Shown here piece by piece: positions 8,789-17,423 of a DNA stretch of 33,023 nucleotides. The notes beneath the pieces were generated by a model that worked only from the letters and a program-made list of their open reading frames with translations, did not search any database and was not told the origin of the DNA. Source of the stretch: an uncultured bacterium (lineage in GTDB: Bacteria > SAR324 > NAC60-12). Within the stretch, counting starts at the first letter, position 1. Every line of letters starts with the position of its first letter. The DNA lies in the NCBI GenBank assembly GCA_964010765.1, contig CAXGMD010000036.1, positions 1-33,023 of the forward strand, in the 5' to 3' direction. The position numbers and the translations under genes are program-made.

Positions 8789-9091
8789 ATGTTCATGTCT
8801 TTTCTAAAAGCCCCTTGGCTGACCATCCTGATCCTCCTTACTCTCGGCGCTTGTCAGCAGTCTCCTCGTTCCCTGCTCTATCCCACTATGCAACAGCAGC
8901 AAATTGATTATCTCTGTCGAGTTGTCTATGAAAGGGAGTTTAGACGCAATGCTGGCTGGGAAGAAAGTGCTCCAGAATTTCTGTTCATTTCTGAAGAGCG
9001 AGTCACTTATCATTTCACAACAGGACAGTCGACAACCATTGTTCGGCATCCAGAATTGATTGTACCTCCCGGCACCTATTCTTGCCCATAA
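8789..9091 (+). CDS. Hypothetical lipoprotein
   Basis: Hydrophobic signal peptide ending in lipobox LGAC; fills the gap in a co-directional gene run. Confidence 0.6.
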   Translation: MFMSFLKAPWLTILILLTLGACQQSPRSLLYPTMQQQQIDYLCRVVYEREFRRNAGWEESAPEFLFISEERVTYHFTTGQSTTIVRHPELIVPPGTYSCP

Positions 9092-9106
9092 AATACTAAA
9101 TCAACC

Positions 9107-9748
9107 ATGACTGATCCCGCCGCTTCCTCCGAGCTATCTCAACGGTACTATCGTGAAGGATTCGAACTGTTGAAGTTAGAGCACTTTGTCGAATCTCTCG
9201 AAAAATTTGGTAAATCTGCCGAATTGCGCAACAAGACCACACCCGATATGTATCGTAACCAGGGCTGGTGCCTATTTCGCCTAGCTGAACAGGATACCTT
9301 TGTGCTGGAGTGGAAAAGTGCAGAAGAGAAATTTCAACAGGCAAAGCGCTTTTACGAAAGAGCTCTCGCAGGCTTTCTCCAGATGAAACAACAAGATCCG
9401 TCGGAATCTTTCAGCCAACGCCTCAAGCTACGAATGTCCGATTGTCGACGTCGGATTGCTCAGATCAGCGGCTACTTAGAATTTTTTACACGCCGGAAAG
9501 CCTGGGTTGCTGTCAATGGGGATATTTCTGTCAAGGAATCTTCGATTGCGATTGAAGCCAAACGAACTTCGGATCGGCTAGTGGGGCAGTCCATGGAGCA
9601 AGTCAAGCGAGTCCAAGACGCCATGAATAGCCTGATGGGGCGCTTCCTCAAGGAACCCACCCCGAACAAAGCTGCTGCGGAAGAATCCTCAGAAACATCT
9701 GAAGAAGCCGACGAGTCAGTCGGAGCAACCGAATCTCAGCGTGCCTGA
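9107..9748 (+). CDS. Hypothetical protein with TPR-like helical repeat
   Basis: TPR-like pattern YYREGFELLK...YRNQGWCLFRL...AKRFYERAL; overlaps the prmC start by 8 nt. Confidence 0.6.
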   Translation: MTDPAASSELSQRYYREGFELLKLEHFVESLEKFGKSAELRNKTTPDMYRNQGWCLFRLAEQDTFVLEWKSAEEKFQQAKRFYERALAGFLQMKQQDPSESFSQRLKLRMSDCRRRIAQISGYLEFFTRRKAWVAVNGDISVKESSIAIEAKRTSDRLVGQSMEQVKRVQDAMNSLMGRFLKEPTPNKAAAEESSETSEEADESVGATESQRA

Positions 9749-10631
9749 AACCCCAGACACCTGGACAATTGAAGCCGTTTTGCGTTGGACCACGGACTAC
9801 TTCCGTGAAAAACAACTGGCTACTGCACGATTGGATGCTGAGTTGCTACTTGCTCATGTCCTGGGTTACGAGCGCCTGCAACTGTATTTACAAGCCGATC
9901 GGCCCCTGACAGAACCAGAACGAGCGGACTATCGACAAATAGTTCGTAAGCGTGGCCAGGGGTGCCCTGTCGCCTATCTCTTGGGCTACCGAGATTTTTG
10001 GTCTCTTCGACTGCGTGTTGCGCCAGGTGTGCTCATTCCGCGTCCTGACACCGAAACGCTGATCGAAGCCGCGCTCAATCACCTTCCTAAACACCCTCTA
10101 CGACTACTGGAACTTGGCACAGGTACTGGGGCCATCCCGTTGTCACTCTGTGCAGAACGCACACAACTGGATTGGCTTTGTCTGGAGCAAAGCCCAATCG
10201 CACTCCAAGTGGCTCAGCAAAATTGTAGGGAGCACTCACTGCTCCTTGAACCACGTCAGAATCGGTTAAAATTACTCCAGTCCAACGGTTTTGCTGCTCT
10301 ATCTGCGACCCATCCGTTCGATGCACTCCTGAGTAACCCTCCCTACATTCGAACCACAGAGATTGCGAGTTTGAGCCCTGAAGTCAGCCAATTTGAACCA
10401 CATCTGGCGCTAGATGGCGGTGAAGACGGCCTTTTCTGGTATCGGGAATTTCTCCAGCAGGGTCCTCGTCTGCTACGACCCAGAGGTTGGCTGATCGTCG
10501 AAATTGGATACGATCAACAACCGGCTTTGACGAGGCTCATTCAAGAAACTGAGGCGTGGAACTTGGTTGAATTTTGCCAGGACTTGCAAGGCCATCCACG
10601 AGTTCTCGTGGCACAACTACGAGTGAAATGA
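9741..10631 (+). CDS. prmC: Release factor glutamine N5-methyltransferase (HemK/PrmC)
   Basis: Motifs ARLDAELLLAHVL, VLIPRPDTE, ELGTGTG, SNPPYI and EPHLALDGGEDGL. Confidence 0.95.
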   Translation: MPETPDTWTIEAVLRWTTDYFREKQLATARLDAELLLAHVLGYERLQLYLQADRPLTEPERADYRQIVRKRGQGCPVAYLLGYRDFWSLRLRVAPGVLIPRPDTETLIEAALNHLPKHPLRLLELGTGTGAIPLSLCAERTQLDWLCLEQSPIALQVAQQNCREHSLLLEPRQNRLKLLQSNGFAALSATHPFDALLSNPPYIRTTEIASLSPEVSQFEPHLALDGGEDGLFWYREFLQQGPRLLRPRGWLIVEIGYDQQPALTRLIQETEAWNLVEFCQDLQGHPRVLVAQLRVK

Positions 10632-10645
10632 GGGAAAGGCGGGAT

Positions 10646-10669
10646 GGAGCCGCACAGTTATGCGACTCC
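10646..10669 (-). terminator. Stem-loop between convergent prmC and gltA (probable terminator)
   Basis: On the minus-strand RNA, GGAGUCGCA-6nt-UGCGGCUCC forms a 9-bp stem with one G-U pair. The U-tract is weak. Confidence 0.45.
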
Positions 10670-10682
10670 TGGAGAGATAGAA

Positions 10683-11963
10683 TCAGCGCTGGCTGATCTG
10701 TTGATACGAGCGCTGTGTTGGACCTGTGTAGATCTGTCGAGGGCGCCCAATCTTGGCATCACTATTGTGCATTTCGATCCAGTGCGCGATCCAGCCCGGC
10801 ATTCGCCCCATCGCAAATAGGACAGTGAACATGTCAATCGGGAAGCCCATCGCCTTGTAGATGATCCCGCTATAGAAGTCGACGTTTGGATAGAGTTTAC
10901 GCTCAACGAAGTATTCGTCTTGTAATGCAGCCTCCTCCAGTTGCTTGGCAATATCTAGCAAGGGATCCTGCACTCCAACAATTTTGAGGACCTCATCAGC
11001 GTAGCGCTTGATGATCTTGGCTCGCGGATCAAAATTGCGGTAGACCCGGTGACCAAAACCCATCAGGCGGAAGTTTGAATTCTTATCCTTGGCAAGATTC
11101 ACAAATTTCTGCACATCACCGCCATCATTCTGAATCTGCATCAGCATTTCCAGCACGGCTTGATTTGCCCCACCATGCAGTGGCCCCCAGAGCGCAGCAA
11201 TTCCGGATGAAATCGAAGCAAACAGATTGGCTTGGCTACTACCTACCAAGCGTACTGTTGATGTTGAACAGTTCTGTTCGTGATCAGCATGTAAAATGAA
11301 GAGCACGTTGAGCGCCTTGGCAAACACTTCAGGAACTTCATAAGGTCCAGCGGGTACGCTGAACATCATGTTCAGAAAGTTGGCACAGTAATCGAGGTGG
11401 TTCTTCGGATAAACAAAGGGCTGACCACTATTTTTCTTGTAGGACCAAGCCGCAATCGTAGGTAGTTTGCCAACGAGTCGCCACACTGCGAGATCGACCG
11501 CGCTCTGGTCACGGTGGCTAAAGTCATCGTAGAACGTAGAGAGCGCGCAAACAATGCAGGAGAGAATCGCCATTGGATGAGCATCCTTTGGAAATGCCTC
11601 GTAGATGTGACGCAAATCCTCGTGAAGCATCGTGTGCATCGTGACGTTACGCCGGAACTCTTCCAATTGTTCTACCGTTGGCAAATCACCATAAATCAAG
11701 AGGTAGCTCACTTCCAGAAAGTTGGAATGCTCTGCCAACTCCTCTATGGAATAACCTCGATAACGTAGAATTCCCTCTTCACCGTCCAGAAAGGTAATCG
11801 CACTGGTGCACGCACCTGTGTTCACATAGCCTGGATCCAGCGTGATTGCTTTGGACTGCGCACGCAGTTTGCTGATGTCCAGTCCCAATTCACCCTCACT
11901 GCCTTCCACAATCGGCAAATCCACTGACTTACCTCTAATATCAATCCGTGCATTGTCACTCAT
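10683..11963 (-). CDS. gltA: Citrate synthase (hexameric GltA type)
   Basis: Motifs DPGYVNTGAC, LHADHEQNCST, LWGPLHGGAN, GFGHRVY and YPNVDFYSG. Start placed at ATG 11963 (MSDNARID) after an AAAGGA RBS, not at 12107. Confidence 0.96.
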   Translation of the reverse strand: MSDNARIDIRGKSVDLPIVEGSEGELGLDISKLRAQSKAITLDPGYVNTGACTSAITFLDGEEGILRYRGYSIEELAEHSNFLEVSYLLIYGDLPTVEQLEEFRRNVTMHTMLHEDLRHIYEAFPKDAHPMAILSCIVCALSTFYDDFSHRDQSAVDLAVWRLVGKLPTIAAWSYKKNSGQPFVYPKNHLDYCANFLNMMFSVPAGPYEVPEVFAKALNVLFILHADHEQNCSTSTVRLVGSSQANLFASISSGIAALWGPLHGGANQAVLEMLMQIQNDGGDVQKFVNLAKDKNSNFRLMGFGHRVYRNFDPRAKIIKRYADEVLKIVGVQDPLLDIAKQLEEAALQDEYFVERKLYPNVDFYSGIIYKAMGFPIDMFTVLFAMGRMPGWIAHWIEMHNSDAKIGRPRQIYTGPTQRSYQQISQR

Positions 11964-12018
11964 GCGAATCCTTTCATTCAATGAATTCGTGTTGAAAATA
12001 GGTTTGCAGCACAACCCC

Positions 12019-12246
12019 TCAGGAGTCGGTTGGCTCCTCATCCCGCCAGTATGGTAATCGATGACGTAGTCGATAGAGCAGCAGGAAATAGGCGCAAAGC
12101 ACTCCAAGAAAGGACCAACCGTGATACTCTGCTGGAAAGATCACCTTGACTAGTTCACCGAGCGCCAAAGTAGGTACGAACAGGACAATCAGAGCAAAAA
12201 GCCCACGGTAGATTCCATCAACGAGTTCGTCCAACCAAGCTTTCAT
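12019..12246 (-). CDS. Small hypothetical membrane protein (2 predicted TM segments)
   Basis: ATG at 12246 (MKAWLDELVDG); two hydrophobic stretches; co-oriented upstream of gltA. Confidence 0.55.
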   Translation of the reverse strand: MKAWLDELVDGIYRGLFALIVLFVPTLALGELVKVIFPAEYHGWSFLGVLCAYFLLLYRLRHRLPYWRDEEPTDS

Positions 12247-12296
12247 AATTATTTCTTGCAGAAAGTAACAAGCAACTATTTGAAAAATAGAAAGGA

Positions 12297-12325
12297 ACGG
12301 TAAGGAAGATGCCAACAACAGTCAA
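12297..12325 (-). promoter_or_regulatory. Candidate sigma70 promoter for the small membrane gene and gltA
   Basis: Minus strand reads TTGACT-N17-TACCGT in the intergenic gap. Confidence 0.35.
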
Positions 12326-12350
12326 TTCTTCCTCATCAAGCTGACAGGGA

Positions 12351-12758
12351 TTATTTTGATTCGTTAGACGAAGACAAGCGACTGGAAAAGCCTAATTTAC
12401 GTTGAGAACGTGCACCTTTCCAGGCAGTCAGGAAGAGGGAGTCATAGGAACCATTGGGGCTTCCTTGCAGAACAAACTGGCGGCTCACTACCTCAGCGAC
12501 TTCGGTACTGCCTCTTTCGATGCCGAGTACTTTCAACTGTCGCTCCAGCTTGGTCAGCCCAACTGTAGTCAGCCACTGCTTGAGAGCAGCCAAATCCTCT
12601 GGCTGCAACACAAACGTCGCTTGCTCTGCTGAGAAGGGATCTGCCATCTTGCCACCCCAAAACGGGGTCACACAACCCCAGCCAGCCAGTGCTTCAGTGG
12701 GTAGTTCCTTCAGTAACCCCAGGTGGAGAGAAGGTGAGGCAGAGGTGTCTGAATCCAC
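12351..12758 (-). CDS. Hypothetical protein
   Basis: 135-aa ORF with a GTG start 3 nt after the stop of the MarR-type gene; no family recognised. Confidence 0.5.
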   Translation of the reverse strand: MDSDTSASPSLHLGLLKELPTEALAGWGCVTPFWGGKMADPFSAEQATFVLQPEDLAALKQWLTTVGLTKLERQLKVLGIERGSTEVAEVVSRQFVLQGSPNGSYDSLFLTAWKGARSQRKLGFSSRLSSSNESK

Positions 12759-12761
12759 TGC

Positions 12762-13319
12762 TCAGTAGAGACAGACAAAATGTTGACCTGCCTTCCAGCC
12801 GTGTTGCTGCAGATGTAGGATCAAAGGTCCCTGATCTTGTAGAACAGCCAGAAACATCCGCTCATCCCGAGCCAGAATTGGTAGCGGTCGCTTGAGCAAA
12901 TCATCAGGACCCGTGGAGGCAGACAATTCCAGTTTGGAAAGTGGCAGGCAAAGACGAATGATTTCTTGCAGATCTTCTTCACTGCACAAGTGAATGCGCT
13001 GACAGCCCTGCAACTCGAGTTCAGTGAAATGCTGGAGGATGAGGGTTTTGAGTTCCTGAAACGAATGCATCGTTCGCCGCAGGTAATTCATCGTCAAGCG
13101 GCTTTTCTCTCGGAAGCCTTCTGGTGTCAGGAAGTAGGCCCAGCGCCTTGCGCTGACCTGACGAGCGCGGACCCAACCCTTGTGAAGCACTGTTTGCAGG
13201 AAGGCGTTGGTCAATCCCAAGGAAAGCCCAAGCTCTTGGGCCAACTGGCGCTGACTGATGCGCTCATTGCCATCAACAGCCTCGAAGAGCGAGAGCGTGC
13301 GTTGTTCTTCTTGATTCAT
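12762..13319 (-). CDS. Winged-helix MarR-type transcriptional regulator (resembles the EPS-associated MarR family) with C-terminal domain
   Basis: HTH ISQRQLAQELGLSLGLTN and wing AYFLTPEGFREKSRLT. Confidence 0.8.
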   Translation of the reverse strand: MNQEEQRTLSLFEAVDGNERISQRQLAQELGLSLGLTNAFLQTVLHKGWVRARQVSARRWAYFLTPEGFREKSRLTMNYLRRTMHSFQELKTLILQHFTELELQGCQRIHLCSEEDLQEIIRLCLPLSKLELSASTGPDDLLKRPLPILARDERMFLAVLQDQGPLILHLQQHGWKAGQHFVCLY

Positions 13320-13340
13320 TTATCCGTATTTTTATAGCTG

Positions 13341-13355
13341 GTTCAATTTCTGAAC
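13341..13355. promoter_or_regulatory. Palindrome GTTCA-N5-TGAAC, candidate operator of the MarR-type regulator
   Basis: Perfect 5-bp arms 21 nt upstream of the start codon in a 57-bp intergenic gap. Confidence 0.45.
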
Positions 13356-13376
13356 AATGGTTGTGCAAGGGCTAGG

Positions 13377-13847
13377 CTAAGGTGCTTGCAGTGCCTGGAA
13401 AGTTTCAAATGAATCGTTCTGCTCCAGAGGTTCCCAAGTGCCATCTCCCAACTGACGCACGCAAGCCAAATAGGAACCATAAGGACAGGAGTTACTCCAC
13501 TCCTCAGGGCCAATCAGGCTGAGGACATGACTATTGGATTGGGCAGCTTCGTAGAGATGGTAGGGTTGCAGCAACACTGGCGTGAACCGATACTGGGCCT
13601 TGGCGATCTGTTCTGCGAGTCGCACACGTGCTTCAATCTCCTGGGCCTGCCGAAGTAATAATTGGGCTTGTTCCTGAAGTCGATCAATCTGCTCCTGGGC
13701 ATGATGATTCATCGCCTCCAGTGCTTCACTGCGATCCACAGACAGGGGATCTGGCCGGAAGGCGGGAGCGTTGGTTTCTGTCGGATGCTCTCGCAGATTG
13801 CGATTCTCGACAAAAGAGAGCGGCTTGTCGTTTTTAGCTGACGGCAT
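13377..13847 (-). CDS. DUF2452-like protein
   Basis: Coiled-coil followed by FTPVLLQPYHLY...LSLIGPEEW...GTW, which I recall as the DUF2452 pattern. Confidence 0.65.
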   Translation of the reverse strand: MPSAKNDKPLSFVENRNLREHPTETNAPAFRPDPLSVDRSEALEAMNHHAQEQIDRLQEQAQLLLRQAQEIEARVRLAEQIAKAQYRFTPVLLQPYHLYEAAQSNSHVLSLIGPEEWSNSCPYGSYLACVRQLGDGTWEPLEQNDSFETFQALQAP

Positions 13848-13848
13848 G

Positions 13849-14940
13849 CTAGGGTTTTTCCTTCGGGTTTTGGGAGGTGATCATTTGTGCTTGTTGTTGT
13901 AGCCAGTCACGGTCTTGCAGTTCATCACGATTCTGCCATTCCTCAAACAAGGTACGCAGGGCAGTCCATTGATGTAGTGCCGGACGTTCGTGCAACATTC
14001 TGTGAGCATCTCGAATAGTCCCAGGGATGGAATCAAGAAAGTACCACTTACCCTTGATGGCTGAAAGGTATCCATAAGTACCCAAGGAGCGCAATCGACG
14101 TAGCAGAACAAATTGCTCTAGTTCGCTGGTAAAGTGCTTCGGGTCAATCAGGCAATGCCGTGCACCAAGTTCCTGGTAATCATCTCGAAGTTGCTCACGT
14201 AGCGCTTCATTCAGTCCGGCCTTGGAAGCGTGAAGTAGAGCGGCTAGGTCGTAATGTGGTGCTCCAATTCCACCCGACTGGTAATCAATCATGTATAATT
14301 GATCATGATGACACATCAGGTTACGGGACTGGAAGTCCCGTGAGACAAACACCGTTCTTGGCAGCCTGCCCACCGTTTCAGCCAGCGTCGATAGTTCTTC
14401 ACTAAGAGTTGCAGTAACAGGACTATCGGGTACAAAGGCTTCCCAGAATCTTTGACGAAAGTATTGGAGGTCCGCTTGGAAAAGTGCTGTGTTCGATTCA
14501 GGAGCAGCATGGCACCAGCTGCGATCAAAACCAACTGTTCCCTTGGTTTGCATTTGGATTAGTGCCTCAAGTGCTTCTTGGTAAACTTCTCGGATGCGCG
14601 CGGCAGCTTCGGGCACATTCGGATCCAGATCCATCAACCAGTCGGCCAGTGTCTGATCACCCAGATCCTCAAGCAGGTAGACCAGTTGCTGCCGATCTTC
14701 CGCGTAAATTTCAGGGACAGGGAGGCCCTGCTTTCGAAAGTGACGGGACATTGCCAAAAAAGCTTGGTTTTCGTCCTGGGCTGGATTGGTAACACCAACC
14801 CATGAGCAGCCGTTTCCTGCGGAGAATCGATAAATCTGTCGATCTGACCCATCACCACGCAGAGCAACAGGCGGAGCAGATAATGCAGGTAAGTGGTGGG
14901 CTGCCAATTGTTCCAAAAGAGGGAGCAGAGGGTCAGTCAT
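13849..14940 (-). CDS. APH/choline-kinase-fold sugar kinase, AmgK-like (MurNAc/GlcNAc anomeric kinase family)
   Basis: Motifs GDGSDRQIYR, LLEDLGD, SRDFQSRNLM, IDYQ, YDLAALL and RSLGTYGYL. Confidence 0.7.
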   Translation of the reverse strand: MTDPLLPLLEQLAAHHLPALSAPPVALRGDGSDRQIYRFSAGNGCSWVGVTNPAQDENQAFLAMSRHFRKQGLPVPEIYAEDRQQLVYLLEDLGDQTLADWLMDLDPNVPEAAARIREVYQEALEALIQMQTKGTVGFDRSWCHAAPESNTALFQADLQYFRQRFWEAFVPDSPVTATLSEELSTLAETVGRLPRTVFVSRDFQSRNLMCHHDQLYMIDYQSGGIGAPHYDLAALLHASKAGLNEALREQLRDDYQELGARHCLIDPKHFTSELEQFVLLRRLRSLGTYGYLSAIKGKWYFLDSIPGTIRDAHRMLHERPALHQWTALRTLFEEWQNRDELQDRDWLQQQAQMITSQNPKEKP

Positions 14941-15053
14941 GAGACCTGGTGTAACGAGTTCTGGCTGGTTTTTGCGATCTTTCCGATGTTAGCCTTTTTG
15001 ACCCGAAAGGTAAAATTGCGTCCAAATGATTCATTCCTATCTTCAACAGAAAC

Positions 15054-16913
15054 TTGATGCAAGCAACGCTTGGACGCCTGGTCCGCACACTAATTCCCTC
15101 CAATACACTTGATGAGCGTGGAGGCACTTCCACCACTTCCGTACTGGACAGCGACTGGGTGCACAACAAGTACCTTCTGCTGGTCCATTACCTCCGACAG
15201 CACTGGGTTTCCTACACAATCGGTATCTTCACCACTTTCCTCACCAATTGGCTGGCGGTCAGCATTCCAGAATATGTTCAACTTAGTATAGACCTGCTTT
15301 CAAGCGATCTAAATGGACAATACGATCTACTCAATGAATATCTTTGGATCATGCTTATACTTGCGGTCAGCATGGTTTTCATTCGCACACTGTCCCGCCT
15401 ACTCTTCTTCAATCCCGGGCGTGCGATTGAGTGTCAGGTGAAGAACGACATGTTCACCAAGTTGATGCAACTGCAACGGGACTACTACGACAAGAATCCG
15501 AGCGGTACGATCATTTCCCGAGTCAACAACGATATCCATGGCATTCGGATGATCTGTGGCTTCGGTTTCATGCAGGTCTTCAATATTGCTAGCGCGCTCT
15601 CGCTGACTCCCCTGATGATGTTCCAACTTTCACCACGACTGACCCTCTATTGCGTCATTCCGATCCTGATTGTCTTCTCTATCGTCCGGATTGGTATGCG
15701 CTTTTTGGTCAACAACATGCGGACACGGCAAACGGATCTTCAGAATCTCTCTGGCTTCACAGTAGCTTCCTTGAATGGAATTGATGTGATCCGTAGCAAT
15801 AATCTTGGGGCTTGGAGCCAGGAGCGCTTTGACAAAGATAATCGAAACCTGACGGAGCGCTCCTTGAACATCGCCTGGATTCGCTCTTTCATCATGCCCG
15901 TGCTGATGAACCTAGCCAATATCCTCCAAGTGGTGGTGCTGCTCTTCGGGGGAATGATGGTGCTGGAAGAGGAGTTCACAGTTGGTGAATTAACCGCGTT
16001 CATCGCCTACACCGCACTGCTAACACTGCCACTGATGGGACTGGGCTGGGTTACCACCATGTTCCAGCAAGGAATGGTTGGGCTCGCCAGTGTCCAGTCT
16101 GTACTTCAACAACCAGAGCCTTTTGCAGGTCGCCAGTCTCTACCGGAAGTACAACAAAAGGACCTATTTCAGGACGGGCTCACTGTGCGCAATCTCCGAT
16201 TTCGCTACGCCGAGGATCGACCTTGGGTTTTACAGGACATCAACTTCCACTTGAAGCCTGGTCAAACGCTTGGTGTCCTGGGCCGGATTGGTTCCGGTAA
16301 ATCAACTCTCGTCAACTGCATTAATCGCTATCTAGTCGCTGAAGACGGACAAATTCGCCTCAATCACATTGACATCAATCGCTTGACCTACCAGGACTTA
16401 CGTCACAGCATCCGAACAGTGACTCAGGAGCCATTCCTTTTTTCCGACACAGTAGAGAACAACATTGCGTTTGCGATTGAGGATCGGCCTGAAGACTGGC
16501 AGGAACATTTTCCCAGTTTGCTCAAACAAGCCGCACTCCGGGAGGAAGTTGATAAATTCCCGCTGCAGGAACAGACCATTGTTGGCGAGAAGGGCATCCT
16601 GCTCTCTGGTGGCCAAAAACAACGAATCAGCTTGGCCCGGGCAATGGCCACATCCTGTGATCTACTGATTCTGGACAATGTCCTCTCGGCGGTGGACTAC
16701 GAGACCGAGCGCTACCTACTTCAGCAAATCTTTGCTCGCAGGCAAGCAAAGAGCCTACTGATTGTCTCCCATCGGGTCACAGCAGTAGAAAAAGCAGATT
16801 GGATCCTAGTTCTAGATGAGGGGCGGATTGTAGCCCAGGGAACCCATGAGGAACTACTTCAACAACCCGGCTACTACCAGGAAATGTGGGCACTCCAGCA
16901 TGAAACGTCCTGA
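15054..16913 (+). CDS. ABC exporter, fused TMD-NBD (MdlA/YheI-like)
   Basis: Multi-TM domain plus Walker A GRIGSGKS, signature LSGGQKQR, Walker B LLILDN and H-loop VSHR. The true start may be downstream, for example GTG at 15159. Confidence 0.9.
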   Translation: MMQATLGRLVRTLIPSNTLDERGGTSTTSVLDSDWVHNKYLLLVHYLRQHWVSYTIGIFTTFLTNWLAVSIPEYVQLSIDLLSSDLNGQYDLLNEYLWIMLILAVSMVFIRTLSRLLFFNPGRAIECQVKNDMFTKLMQLQRDYYDKNPSGTIISRVNNDIHGIRMICGFGFMQVFNIASALSLTPLMMFQLSPRLTLYCVIPILIVFSIVRIGMRFLVNNMRTRQTDLQNLSGFTVASLNGIDVIRSNNLGAWSQERFDKDNRNLTERSLNIAWIRSFIMPVLMNLANILQVVVLLFGGMMVLEEEFTVGELTAFIAYTALLTLPLMGLGWVTTMFQQGMVGLASVQSVLQQPEPFAGRQSLPEVQQKDLFQDGLTVRNLRFRYAEDRPWVLQDINFHLKPGQTLGVLGRIGSGKSTLVNCINRYLVAEDGQIRLNHIDINRLTYQDLRHSIRTVTQEPFLFSDTVENNIAFAIEDRPEDWQEHFPSLLKQAALREEVDKFPLQEQTIVGEKGILLSGGQKQRISLARAMATSCDLLILDNVLSAVDYETERYLLQQIFARRQAKSLLIVSHRVTAVEKADWILVLDEGRIVAQGTHEELLQQPGYYQEMWALQHETS

Positions 16914-16997
16914 AGAATTAAGCGCCTTGTATTGATCTGAATTTCTCTCCTCTACCAACGACTTTGCCCAAAGTGCGGAGAATCTTGCAGTGCACGC

Positions 16998-17026
16998 TTG
17001 AAGGAAGTGCAAAATCGCTGTAAACT
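16998..17026 (+). promoter_or_regulatory. Candidate sigma70 promoter upstream of infA-mreB
   Basis: TTGAAG-N17-TAAACT in the 225-bp intergenic region. Confidence 0.4.
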
Positions 17027-17138
17027 TGTTGGTTTACTGTCAAAAAAACTGCTTTGTTGTCAGAAATTGCCGTCCATCTACACTCAGGTCGGCATGCACT
17101 ACCCTGACAAACAGGTTTTCCCCTAACAATGGAGGCAT

Positions 17139-17369
17139 TTGAGCGACGACAAACTGGAACTGAAGGGCATCGTGGTGGACTCCTCCAACGGCATTTTTCG
17201 TGTGCAGTTGGAAAACGAGCATGTGGTGATTGGTCATCTCTCTGGCAAGATGAAGATGCACAAGATCCGCGTTTTGCCAGGGGACGAGGTCACCATTGAA
17301 CTGTCTGCCTATGACCTGAGCCGAGGACGCATTGTCCGTCGGGAAAAAATCGTACAAAAATCCAGCTAG
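17139..17369 (+). CDS. infA: Translation initiation factor IF-1
   Basis: Motifs FRVQLENEH, HLSGKMK and IRVLPGDEVTIELSAYDLSRGRI; TTG start with GGAGG RBS. Confidence 0.93.
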   Translation: MSDDKLELKGIVVDSSNGIFRVQLENEHVVIGHLSGKMKMHKIRVLPGDEVTIELSAYDLSRGRIVRREKIVQKSS

Positions 17370-17423
17370 CCCTCCCCATTTACCTTTCCTGTCCCTGCCA
17401 CTTCTGCCCCCGACGAGAACCGC

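Noticed and set aside
8257..8907. 216-aa alternative-frame ORF overlapping the GT4 gene (and similar overlapping ORFs across the window)
   Set aside because: No recognisable motifs, and they overlap confident CDS in other frames.
11964..12107. 48-aa N-terminal extension of gltA in the ORF track
   Set aside because: It overlaps the upstream small gene, and homology plus an RBS point to ATG 11963.
17040..17357. 105-aa ORF antisense to infA
   Set aside because: Shadow ORF on the opposite strand of a well-supported gene.
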